A DNA stretch of 64,000 nucleotides. It comes from Octopus sinensis (taxonomy: Eukaryota). The DNA lies in the NCBI RefSeq assembly GCF_006345805.1, contig NC_043009.1:67208001-67272000 (forward strand), in the 5' to 3' direction. Shown here piece after piece: positions 1-11,934 of this stretch. Each line of letters starts with the position of its first letter. Within the stretch, counting starts at the first letter, position 1. Both the position numbers and the translations under genes were made by a program. The notes beneath the pieces are model-generated. The model was not told the DNA's origin. It did not search any database and worked only from the letters and a program-made list of their open reading frames with translations.

Positions 1-3000
1 GGTTGGTATTAGGAAGGGCATCCAGCTGTAGAAACATTGCCAGATCAGATTGGAGCCTGGTGCCACCTCCTGGCTCTCCAGATTTCAGTCAAACCATCTT
101 ACCTATGTCAGCATGGAAAATGGACTTTAAATGATGATGATGATGATAGTAAGATGTAATTTAATGCCAATATGGTTGCTATTTCTAGCAGGTCTAGTGA
201 CTGCATAGAGGCCTTCTCATTGCTTTATCACTTCATTGTTTTATTATGCTGGTATTTAAAAAACGATTTTTAACTTACTGAGCTTTTCATTTATATAACA
301 AACATTTGGTAGATTTGTACTCTTTAAAATGGGCAGTTTCAACCAAGTAGGTCATGGTAGGATTAAATAAGGTTTTTGTAGTAGTAGTAGTGGTAGTGGT
401 AGTGGGTTGCTATTTCCTTTTCTTTCTGTTTGTCCTTCTCAGAATCAGCTGATCTCTGCTTATTTGTCATCATTCAAATGAAGATACCATCTGGTTCCAA
501 ATTCTGGGAAAAGTGAACGGTTGAGTTCGGAGCTTGCAACTTCTTTAAAAAGAAAGAGAAAGATAAAAGGCAAAAATGTTAAGACTAGTTTGCTGCACAG
601 AGTCCACTGCAGGAAACCCCAAATCTAAGAGGACCTTTATAATCTCAGAGACTGGATGATGGGAATAGATGGAATCCTGTGGTGCTGCTGACATTCTATT
701 GTTATGATGACGAGGATTCCAGTTGATTGGGTCAACGGAACAGCCTACTCATGAAATTAACATGCAAGTGGCTGAGTACTCCACAGACACACATACTCTT
801 AACGTAGTTGTCAGAGAGATTTGCCCTTTGAATTACAGGTGCAACTCATTGTTGCCAGGTGAGTGGACTGGGGCAATGTAAAATATAGTGTCTTGCTCAA
901 GGATACAGTGTACCACTGGGAATTGAACTCATGACCTTACAATTGTGAGCTGAACCTCTAACCACTAGGCCATGCTGGTGATCCCTGCTAAAAACAATGA
1001 AGGACCTAGGGATGGTGTTAAACTGGATGCAGGATTCAGCCTGTCACCCAAAAATTCAGAACAAAAAGACTCAGAACACATTCTGCAAAGCAACCCCTTT
1101 GGCTTTCTGATGGAACTGACCATCCTGCCAGTCCCCACCCCCTATGGACTGGATTTTTAATTTTATCAACAGCAGAAGGGTGATGGGCAAAAATTGATCC
1201 CTGTGGGATTTGAACTTAGTGTATACAGAGCAAATACCACAAGTTATCTTATCCAATGTGCTGATAACTCTACCAATTTACTGCATTTCTCCGATTAAGA
1301 TTGAGGAGGGCCAGTTACCCAGCTTTGAACATCTCACTGGCCAACGCCTGCGGGAAAATATATAAAGTGTGAAGGAAGAGCAGCAAGAGGCCTTCCAGTC
1401 TGAAGATTTACAACAGAGTTTACTATTAAAGGAACCAGAGAGAGAGAGAAAAGAGAAAGGAAGAGAGAGGATTCTCTGTGTTGAGTTTCAAAGTGAGATT
1501 ATCACTTTGTGCCAACTTGTCTTTATCATTTGGTTGTATCAGAGTCTTGTGTAGAATTCTTTGTGGTATTTGTTCTGGCTGTCTGCATACTGAGTTCAAA
1601 TCCTGCCAAGGTCAACATCTTCTTTCAAGTCACAGCTAAACACACCACTTGTTCTGGGCTGTACAACCCTGTACTCCCCACCACCATCTTCTGCTCCTTA
1701 ACCCCATCCTTTTTTTTCTTGGTAAGGTTAATTATGGGTTTTTTTTTTTTTTTCAAATCAGATTGTTTTTCACTTTTCACTCCCCAAAAACATCTTTTCT
1801 TTCTTTCTTTTTTATATGCATTCTCCCAATTATTCAACATTGACACAAAGTGACACTCATTAAGAAGCCCACAATAAAATTTCCTATTACATTTCAACTT
1901 AAAACATTTTTGAAACAATATTTAGAGCATCAAAGGCAATGAGCTGGCAGAAACATTAGCACACTGGGCGAAATGCTTAGCAGTATTTCGTCTGCCTTTA
2001 CATTCTGAGTTCAAATTCCACCAAGGTTGACTTTGCCTTTCATCCTTTTGGGGTCGATAAATTAAGAACCAGTTGCATACTGGGGTTGATCTAATAGTTT
2101 TACCAACTTAATATTAATTACAGAAAGTAGCTTTTCCTATTGGGTGGGGGACCAAAACAAAAGGACCTCAAAAGATTGCCTTAAGTCATCGTCTGATCAA
2201 AATCCTACACAAGTTTTAAAAAGAACCGATGGGAAGGTATAACAAGCTGAACTCCACAGCCCTGGTCTTCACATCAGGCTTGGGCAATCTTTTTTTGAGA
2301 AGCAAGCGGTATGAGACATGAATCATTACCTGAGATGTTGCATTATTAAGAGTTTGAGGTAATTTTTCATTAGGTGTACCATTCAGGAGGGTTGTCCATC
2401 ACTGCTTTATATGATCACCTGAACTGCTAGAAATAGAAAACCTAACCTTCAAATTGCAACCAATAAGGATAATGTTGTCCTAGGCACAGGAATGGCTGTG
2501 TGATAAGAAATTTGCTTTCCAACCACATGGTTCCAGGTTCAGTCCCACTGCATAGCACTTTAGACAACTATCTTGGGAGTGGATTTAGATGGAAAGCCTT
2601 TACTTTTTTCTTATTTCCAATGTGCATTTTCACTTTTTTTCTTTACTTTCCCCCTTACACTTCCATGTGTAGTTTCTATTTTCTTTTTGTAACATATTTC
2701 TATTATATATATATATATATATTATATACACTCTTGCACATGTATACTTTTATATATGAATATTTTATCATTTCAAACCATTAATTGTTTTTTTCTTTCA
2801 TATTTTCCCTTCTCTCTCCATTTTTTTTTCTCTCTCCATCCTTTCTGTTGAAGAGCCTAGGGTTGAAATGTCAAAGACTTTTCCATTCTTCCCCAAGCAT
2901 CAAACTAACACACCTGCTTCTTGTTCTCTCACCTGTCTTCATCTTTTGTTTTCTGTAAATTTGAACTGGGTGTGTGGATGTGTTTGCCTTCGTCACTGCT

Positions 3001-3869
3001 TGGCGGCTGCTGTTCGTTTTGTTTATGTCCTTGTAACTTAACGCTTTGCCAAAAGAGTCAGCATGGCTGAAACGAGTAAAACGGTAACAGGTACCCCATG
3101 ACAATAGAATATGACGATTCTGACCAAAACACTTTTGATTCTGGGCCCGTTTGGTCATGACTGGCTTTCGGCTAAACAACAACAACAGCAACAAAGTTGT
3201 GTGTGTTGGAAGGGCGAGCAGTGTCTGGTTCTATTTTCGAAGTAAGATGAGGATGTTGCACTGTTTTGGTGTCTAAAGCATCTCCATGAAATATCGGAAG
3301 GTTATCATGGCAGCAACAATAAAAACAACAACAACAACACTCAGCTTTCTGCTATAAATATACTTATATTTGAAAGTGATGCTTGGTGCAACATTTATTT
3401 CAACACCATTTCTAATAACTTTCTGCATGTGTATGTTCATTGATGCATGTGTGTGTGTGTGCATTGGTGCATCCGAATCTCTGTGTAGTATGTATGTATA
3501 CATACCAATATATATGTGTGTGTGTGTGTGTGTACATTGGTGTATTTATGTGTGTGTGTCACATCTGTAAATGTGTTTGGGTGTAACTATGTACATGGGA
3601 TGTTGCATATGTGAGTGCATTAGTGCATATGTGTGTGCATCAATGCATCTTTCAACATGTGTGTGTATTTATGTGCACTCGTGTGTGTGTGTGTGTATAT
3701 ATATATATATTTACTCATCAAATTCATATTTTTCCATTCTCTGTTCAGAGTTTGAAGTACCTATAAACAAGGACACACACCCACACACAGAGTTTCAGAT
3801 GTATTTATTAAATGACATGAGCCTGGAGCACTTAAACTCAGAGCTCGGAGTTTCTTGATAGCAATTTGA

Positions 3870-4330
3870 TTACGAATGTTCTTTATAGCAGTTGAGGGAA
3901 CCTGTGGAAGAGGTAGACCCAGGAAGACCTAGGATGAGGTGGTGAAGCACAACCTTCAAGCATTGGGCCTTACCAAGGCAATGACTGGTAACCGCAACCT
4001 TTGAAGATATGCTGTGCTTGAGAAGACCCGACAAGCCAAGTGTGACCATAACCTGTGGCCTATGCCAGTGGGTGTAACCTGCCCTCTTATGAGTATCCCT
4101 CATTTATTGGACAATAAACTTTGCTTGCGAAGACCTGTTGAGGCAAGTGAAATCAAAATTGCTGATGTGGCCGATGACAGTACCGCCTGATTGGCACTTG
4201 TGCCAGTGGAACATTAAGAGCACCATCCGAGCATGATCGTTGGCAGAGCCGCTGATTGGCTTCTGTGCCAGTGGTACATAAAAAGCACCATTCAAGCATG
4301 ATAGTTGCCAGCGTCGCCTTACTGGTACAG
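3870..4330 (+). mobile_element. RTE-clade LINE 3' end (ORF C-terminus plus 3' UTR repeats)
   Basis: AVEGTCGRGRPRKT*DEVVKHNLQALGLTKAMTGNRNL*RYAVLEK has two TGG-to-stop changes and matches the RTE C-terminal GRGRPRKTW motif. It runs into the ggcac/aagcacc tandem units. Confidence 0.8.
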
Positions 4331-4740
4331 TCTGATCTGGCAAAGTTTCTACAGCTGGATGCTCTTCCTATTGCCAACCACTCAGTGAGTGTAGTGGGTG
4401 CTTTTACATGCCACTGGCATTGAGGGCCAGTCAGGCAGTTCTGCAACAACCACCCTCAAAAGGTGTTTTTTACGTGCTACCTGCATAGGAGCCAGTCTGG
4501 CAGCACTGGCAACGACTACAGTCCAATGTGGTTTTTCAAGTGTTTCTACAGCTGGATGCCCTTTCTAATGCCAACCACTCCGAGAGTGTAGTGGGTGCTT
4601 TTCAAGGTGGCGCTGGCATCAGCCACGTTCGGATGGTACTTTTTATGTGCCACTGGCATGGGGATCACGACTACAATTTCCATTTGATTTTGATGGACTT
4701 GACTGAATAAGTCTCCTCAAGCATGGCACGTTGCCCTACG
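4331..4740 (-). mobile_element. RTE-derived 3' tail repeat (GGAAGGGCATCCAGCTGTAGAAAC family), two nested pieces
   Basis: Same family as 1-140, 15425-15665, 16398-16700, 28360-28770, 39520-39815, 47264-47700, 49395-49575, 52143-52539 and 57290-57565. The family ends in ...cggacgttaaac(GAT)n. Confidence 0.75.
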
Positions 4741-4786
4741 ATCACAACAACAATTTCCATTTGATTTGATTTGATTTTGATGTACT

Positions 4787-4982
4787 TGGAAGCTAAAGAA
4801 CCCTGCACATGGTCAGAAATTTAGGGACATCCTCATCAAGAAATTAAGTGAGAGGGAGGAGGAGCTACAGACCTCGGACATAGAAGGTAGATGCAAATTC
4901 CTACAAGACAAGCTAACTGAGTGCCGCAGACCAAGTCTGCAGATGGTGCAAAGTCCCTTCCCGACTTGGAGTAACGTGGTGG
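4787..4982 (+). pseudogene. RTE LINE endonuclease-RT linker fragment
   Basis: LKNPAHGQKFRDILIKKLSEREEELQTSDIEGRCKFLQDKL..(fs)ADQVCRWCKVPSRLGVTWW. Truncated beside the Helitron at 4990. Confidence 0.6.
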
Positions 4983-4989
4983 ATATATA

Positions 4990-5364
4990 TCTCTCTCTAT
5001 ATAAACGGCAGTTTGTCTGTGCGTGTTTCTGTGTGTCTGTTTTCTCGTACCCTCACTCTGACCACGGCTTTCAACCGATTCTGATGAAACTTGACACACA
5101 CATAGCCCAATGTCATAATTCAAAACTAACGCAGCGAAAATTTTGAAAAGTTCCCCCAGTTTTGAAAAAAATCGATAAATTCGACATGGGGTCCAGAATC
5201 AGAAACACAAAATGTCTAGGGGACGCAACTCCACCTTTTTTAACTAAAAAAAAATTTACCATCATTTTTTCCCATTTTTTTGCTACTTTTTGGCTATAAC
5301 TCTCTAAAAATGCTTTATAGTTATTTCCCTTACAAACCTGAGCAACGCCGGGCGATACTGCTAG
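4990..5364 (+). mobile_element. non-autonomous Helitron
   Basis: A|TC 5' end, subterminal GC hairpin (cctgagcaacgccggg), CTAG|T 3' end and no TSD. Confidence 0.8.
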
Positions 5365-5481
5365 TATATGTATATATATATATATATATATAATAATTAT
5401 AAGGATGGAGAATATGGAGACTGGTATATCTTCAAAATTTATTTTCTTTTATTTTACAACTTACACATGTTTACCCTCTAA

Positions 5482-5608
5482 GCTCTCTCTCTCGCTCTCT
5501 CTGACTCTCTCTCTCTCTCTCGCTCTCTCTGACTCTCTCTCTCTCTCTCGCTCTCTCTGACTCTCTCTCTCTCTCTCTCGCTCTCTCTGACTCTCTCTCT
5601 CTCTCTCA
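5482..5608. repeat. compound (CT)n with periodic CGCTCTCTCTGA interruptions
   Basis: A ~28-30-nt higher-order unit repeated about 4 times. Confidence 0.85.
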
Positions 5609-6109
5609 CTCATGTGTGCGTGTGTGTATTTTCCATACTTCATCCTGTGAAGTCTCTGGACATATCATCGGTGATATTTCTTGGGTATCATTGGGTATCA
5701 CCTTTACCCAGGTGACCCAGCTGGGGTTGATCAGGCCCCAGTTTGTGTCCAGTTAGAAGTACCCTCAGCAACAGTGCCATCTTAAAACATGGGCTTGCTG
5801 GGCAGTTGCGCACAAGCCTTAGAGATCTTGGTCTTTGCATGTCGTGGCTTGCTGTTTATGAACAAATGCTATAGAACCCTGTGTACTGATTCAGCTGGGG
5901 GGGAGGGCTAGAGGCTATAATGTTGCTAAGATGGTCCTGACTATGCCTGGTTGCCATGCCCCATTCAGGGTTTGCAGCTCCTGATCTATAGCTATCTTGA
6001 AGCAACCATCTCTGCTGTCTCCACAGTCAACCTGATGGCCTTCTACTTTACTGGCCTCTCTAATGCCAAGCAGGCTGTAAGCCCTGTAGAGGGAATGACC
6101 TCACGCACA

Positions 6110-6158
<49 letters not shown>

Positions 6159-6317
6159 GAAAAAAGCATCAGTGGACATTGTAGAGTGATTGACAATAGG
6201 AAGGGCATCCAGCCATAGTAAATGGACCAAGCTGACGGTAGAGCTTCATACAGCTCTCTGGATCCTGTCAAACCAGGCAGCCCATACCAGGACAGGCAAT
6301 GGTCAGTAAATGATGAA

Positions 6318-6547
6318 GGCGGCGAGTTGGCAGAATCATTAGCACACTGGGCGAACTGCGTAGTGGTATTTCGTCTGCCTTTACGTTCTGAGTTCAAATT
6401 CCGCCGAGGTCGACTTTGCCTTTCATCCTTTTGGGGTCGATAAATAAAGTACCTGTTACGCACTGGGGTTGATGTATTCGACTTAATCCGTTTGTCTGTC
6501 CTTGTTTGTCCTCTCAGTGTGTAGCCCCTTGTGGGTAATAAAGAAAC
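6318..6547 (+). mobile_element. tRNA-derived SINE family A (full length)
   Basis: ggcggcgagttggcagaatc..gagttcaaattccgccgaggtcgactttgcctttcatcctttTggggtcgataaa..aataaagaaa. More than 25 copies or fragments in the window (e.g. 1935-2095, 18928-19156, 50876-51106). Confidence 0.85.
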
Positions 6548-7350
6548 AAATGGTCATTAAATGATGATGGTGATGATGATGATGATGCCGACAAACACAT
6601 AGTGAAGCTTTGTACTTCCACTCCGCTCATTCACTCCTTCTTTCTCTCCCTCTCTCCTCTCTCTTTCCTTCTCTCCTTCTCTCTTTCTCTCCCTAGATCT
6701 CTCTGACACACTCTATCAAACATAGATCAAGCAAAAGTTGTTTTACCTCCAAGTAAAGTTTACGTTGGTCAGGAACACATTTCTATCCATTCCTGCCAAC
6801 TGGAGAATTTACAAATATTTATTGTCTTAAACACATTCTTGATTGTTCTTTCCACTTTTTCACCTGTCTGTCTGTCTGTCCGTCCGTCCGTCTGTCTTTG
6901 CTCTTTTTATTCATTTCATTCCCTTCTCTCTTTCTTTCTTTCTTCCTTCCTTTCTTTTTTTTTCTTATTTTTTTGTTATCTCTAGCAGATTCTTGCTAGA
7001 TTATACCTACGTGTTCCTGTGTATATCTGTGTGTTTATTTGGGGGTGTGTATGAATGCACGTATGTATATGTGTATATATATATATACATACACACATAT
7101 ACATATAGGGGAACATGAATGCATGAATATGCACACACACACACACACACACACATGCATATATATATACAATACAAATGTTTGGGTGTATGTATATGTA
7201 TGTAATATATACATTCACAAATGTACATGCCTTCATACAAATCTATTTAGATATATTTTCTATGATGATAATAATTGATATTTTATATTTTGCTTTAATC
7301 ACAGTCTAATAATGTCGGATAAAAAATAGATTCACCTCATGTGCTGAAAC

Positions 7351-7352
<2 letters not shown>

Positions 7353-7421
<69 letters not shown>

Positions 7422-7432
7422 TTGTGTGTGTG
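7353..7432. repeat. (TG)n microsatellite
   Basis: More than 30 near-perfect TG units. One of dozens of (TG)n/(TA)n tracts. Confidence 0.95.
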
Positions 7433-7829
7433 GATGCATTTTTTTATATTTGCTGTAATCACAATCTAATGTTGGATAAGAAGTGGACTAGTCTGCTGTG
7501 ATTAGATATAGCATCTGTATATGTATTTGTATATGTGTGTATATATACATATATGGATATGTATGTATATATACATATATGTGTGTGTGTATATATATAT
7601 ATATATATCTACAGACATGTATGTATGTATGTATATAAATAGATAGATTGATAGATAGTGATGCAGATAAACACGGTTAGGCTTGATGTATAAAAATATA
7701 CGCATATAGTCACTCTTTACTCTGTGGGCCTAACCCTCGGTAAAGATTTTGTAGTTCAAGTTCAAATCATTTTGAGTGCTACTACATATTATTGAGCACC
7801 TCCAAATCCTCTCGCCTTTTGACTGTGCA

Positions 7830-7861
<32 letters not shown>

Positions 7862-8833
7862 GTGTGTACTAAACTATACACATGTAAAATGCCAGCCTTC
7901 AATCTTCAACTGTGGAATAATTCCTTTATCTCTGAAGATCTTTGACAATTTGACACTGAATCACTCCTCTGTTGCATTTCAACATTTCTCTTTTCTTCCC
8001 AGATTTGCCTTTCTTCCTTACTTTCTTCCCTTCTCTCTCTTTTCCTTCTTTTTTTTTTCTTTTCTTTTCTTACAACTTTCTCCATTCCGAAAAAAAAAAA
8101 AAATCCAAAAAACTACAGGTGGCTGACTGAAACTTTTTTTTTTAGAATCCAAAGATAGCAGAAATTTCAATGGCATGAAAGGTCATTCATGTGTGTGGTG
8201 TGTGTGTGTGTGTGTATGAGAGAGAAAGAGAGAGAGAGAGGGGATAGAGTGAATGGCGGAGTAATTTTTGGACTACAACAATGAAAGAAAAAAAAACCCA
8301 ACAAAATATATAAAAACCAACAACAACAACAACGACAAACAGTTCTCGCAGAGAAACGGAGAGAATATGTGTGACAGTTATAATGAACATCAACAAATGT
8401 TTTGAACTAAAAAAAGTTATAAAAAAAAGGAAGGATTTCAAAACAAAAAAAAACAAAACAAAAACAAAAAAAACTATTTACCATTTTCGAGTAATAACCT
8501 GGCATTAGTGACATCTTACCTTTCGCTCTTCTACCAGACTGGATAATTCTTTTTGCATTGTTTATAAGTTAGTCAAACTAACTTCACAAAGAATTCAATC
8601 AGCTAAAATTTCACTGTGAATGTGCGAGAGCGTGAGCGGATGCGGAATGCACGTACACATATCCATACACACACACACAGACGCACACACCATATACACA
8701 TATGATATTTGCTCTGTTGCTGCACGAAGGAAAGCAACTGTATATATTTATATATATATATCCTGCGTTTGGTGGAATTACCTCTTACCTTGCTGACAGG
8801 TTTACTGTTGTTTCAAATCTTTTATTGTCTCAC

Positions 8834-8925
8834 CTTCTGCCAATACCAACAGTGGCCAGCGAAACACCATCCTGCGTTCTTTGGTCCGACCAACTGTCGT
8901 CTGCGACTGAGGTGACTACTGACAT
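8834..8925 (-). CDS. candidate first coding exon: MSVVTSVADDSWSDQRTQDGVSLATVGIGR
   Basis: CpG-containing unique island, ATG at 8925, open frame to donor GAAG|GTGAGA and a second strong donor CAAG|GTAAGA at 8789. No homology recognised. Confidence 0.3.
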
Positions 8926-8941
8926 ATATATGTATATATAC

Positions 8942-8981
<40 letters not shown>

Positions 8982-10513
8982 TTGTAGCTTTTTTTTTATC
9001 AATGTAACTTTTGTTTCTTGAAGTGTTTTAAAAAAATAATTTTTCGCTTTCATCTCTTTCATTTTTTTTTTTTTTCATTTCTTGTTCATATTTCATCATC
9101 TTCTCACATTTTGCTCTATTATTCTCTAATATTTCTTCTAATCTCTCCTTATTTTTTCCTCTCTTTTCTTTCATTTATCTTATTTTCAGCTCTCCACTTT
9201 TCTGGTCCTTTTCTTTTTTTTTTTTGCTGTTCTTGTTTTATTTTAGAATTTGTAATTTTTCATTTCTAAATTTCTCCTTCCAACATCAACTGCAGGTGTG
9301 TCTCTATCTTTTACATAACTATACACACACACACACACACACCCATGCATATTTCTACAATGTACACATGTTTCTGTCCCTGCGTATGTTTGCGAATGCC
9401 GATCTCTTCATTTTATATAATGTCTGTATGTGTGTGATCTGCTGTCTTTTCATTTAGTTTCCCCATCACCTTTTACTAACAAACTAAAATGAAATAAACT
9501 TCATGTGTATGTGTGTCCATGGGTCTGTCCGTCCTTTCTCCTTTTTCATTCACGTCTGTTGCTACTTGTTCCTCTCTTCGTGTCCATCTCTGCATACTTC
9601 TCTGTCCACTTTATTGGGTTCTCAACCATTTTTCACCCTATGGGGCCTCCTATGATATCTCTTTCACTCAGGTGAACATCTGTAGCCATTCCATGTTTTA
9701 AAAAATCATATTCTTAAAATGAAACATTATTAGGAATTATTAAAAAAAAAAAATTCAATTTTTTGTGTATTGTGGAAGTATAACCAAATTTATTGCAGGT
9801 AAATTTTAGCAACACAATCTTAAGAGTCCTATGGACCCCAATTAAGGACCGCTGGTTTATACACTTTAATCTAGCACATTAATTTTAAGTTGGAGATATC
9901 AACCTGAGCAGTTACAGACTAGTATATATATAAATATAATATTATATACAGTTAGGGCTTCTTTGCCTTTATTATTATGTTTATTGTTATTAGGATATCA
10001 AGAGGGATCTTATAGAATAAATGTTATTAGTTTGTTATTTATTAATAGTGTTAGGTTATATTGAGGTTTTGCTTTATACACTTTTATCTAGCATGGGGTC
10101 TGTGGACTCCTGGTGGTCCTAAATTCAAAATTTCATATATATATATATATATATATATGTAAGCATATTAAAAGGCGTCCGTGGGAAAACTCATTGAAAT
10201 AAAAGGGCTGGGAACCACTGTGAAATGGTCGGGAACCACTGATTTAGCAACTTTTGAAAGTCCATTTCTATTACAGTAAAGCTTGTTCTTCAAAATGCCT
10301 TCATTGTATGAAATCTGTGTTCATTTGCCTGTTTATATGTCGACAATATACCGTGTGTATGTGTGTGTGCATGTAAGCACATACTTAAGATCTGTAGTGT
10401 AGTGGAAGTTGATCAGTGAAAACATTTCATTAACATTTCTGCCTCTTGTGACATCTCATCTTCATTGGATCCATGCTAATTTAGGTCTTGGAATATGTAG
10501 TTCTTCAGTTCAA

Positions 10514-10722
10514 CCCTTTCGCATTCAGATTATTCCGTCAAATTTAATCCTTATTTTTTTCCCATTGCTTAGAATTAATCATGCATTATCTCATAGCTTT
10601 TCAGTTTCAATGATGTGATTGTATGTTTTTAGAATGACATTGAAGGGTAGGTGTGATAGGCTGGATCTGGCCAGCTGGAACGCAAAACAAGTAGAATGTT
10701 TGGGCTAAATATTGTTAAAGGG
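10514..10722. mobile_element. older piggyBac-type MITE
   Basis: TCAA|CCCTTTCGCATT...TTGTTAAAGGG|TTAG. TTAA flanks and TIRs are decayed. Confidence 0.5.
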
Positions 10723-11175
10723 TTAGATATGCTACGTAATTATCTCTAGGATTCTGGTCAAGTGTTTTTCTGTACAAGAACATGTATTCTATGCCATAAG
10801 AATTTAGAATCTATGAAAGACATGAAATATATACATTTTTTTAACTGTGAAACTTGAAATAGGTAAAGTGTATAAATATTGTGTGTAAATATTGAACTAA
10901 AAAGACTCCTGTGGATGGTAAAGGCAAAACCTTCGACTTTCTCTACCCAAAATGGTTTTTAACTTAATATTTATACACTATTATTTATTTATCTACTCTG
11001 AGTTCTACCATTAATATATATATATATATATTAAAATAGTGTACATATAAACACAAAAGAAAACTACCCTTTAACAGGTAATTTTGTGTTTAAATGTACA
11101 CTATTTTAAAATATGAATATCTTCACCTTCTTCATTTTCCATAGCTGGGGTGTTTTGTACTTTAGAGGGTTGTAT

Positions 11176-11340
11176 CTATCTATCTATCTTTTCACCTTCC
11201 TTCTTGACTATCCGTGGATGAAAGGGAGATGCAACATCAACTATATAGCACGTGTGGTGCATCTTGTTGACCACCGCTAGGTCTGGTCTGTTATGCTCTA
11301 GCACCTGAACCGTTTGAATTGGGAAATCCCAGAGGATTTT
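11176..11340 (-). pseudogene. restriction-like endonuclease fragment of an R2-group LINE (R4/Dong/HERO/NeSL type)
   Basis: KILWDFPIQTVQVLEHNRPDLAVVNKMHHTCYIVDVASPFHPRIVKKEGEKI matches the RLE RPD..D..P...K motif. Confidence 0.8.
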
Positions 11341-11903
11341 CCTTGTTGCTGTTGTTGTATATGTGTAAGGAAGCATGGCCTAGTGGTTAGGCTTTTGCAC
11401 TCGTGTTCTAGCAGTTCTGGTTTCAATTCCTAGACCAGGCGATGCATTGTGTTCTTGAACAAAACACTTCATCTGACATTGCTCTGTGATCTCTTCAATA
11501 CCTGATGTGTTGCACACCTGTACAGGCAACGTCGATTTGATGGAGGAACAGGTGAGCTTAATGCACAGCACATGCATTTGACCATTACAGACGAATCGTT
11601 TCTGCGGGTCATTTGGATAAAGCTGAACATTCATACGTCGTCTTTGATTAGGAAAGTCCATCATGAACATCATCGTTATTCCGCGAAGGTCATCTTTGCC
11701 TTTCATCCTTTCGGGGTTGATAAGAAAAGTACCAGTGAAACACTGAGGTCAATGAAATCAACTAGTCCCCTCCCCTGAAATTTGAGGCCTTGTGTCTTTA
11801 GTAGAAAGGATTATTATTATTATGTAGAAGCAGTTTTGGTACAGCACTGTACTTCATTATTATGTAGAAGTTTTGTACTTCGACATAATTATTATGTACT
11901 TAA

Positions 11904-11934
<31 letters not shown>

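Noticed and set aside
415-570. Possible terminal exon (minus EVASSELNRSLFPEFGTRWYLHLNDDK*, or plus SADLCLFVIIQMKIPSGSKFWEK*)
   Set aside because: Acceptor-like tracts exist on both strands, so strand and frame cannot be chosen, and no homology is recognised.
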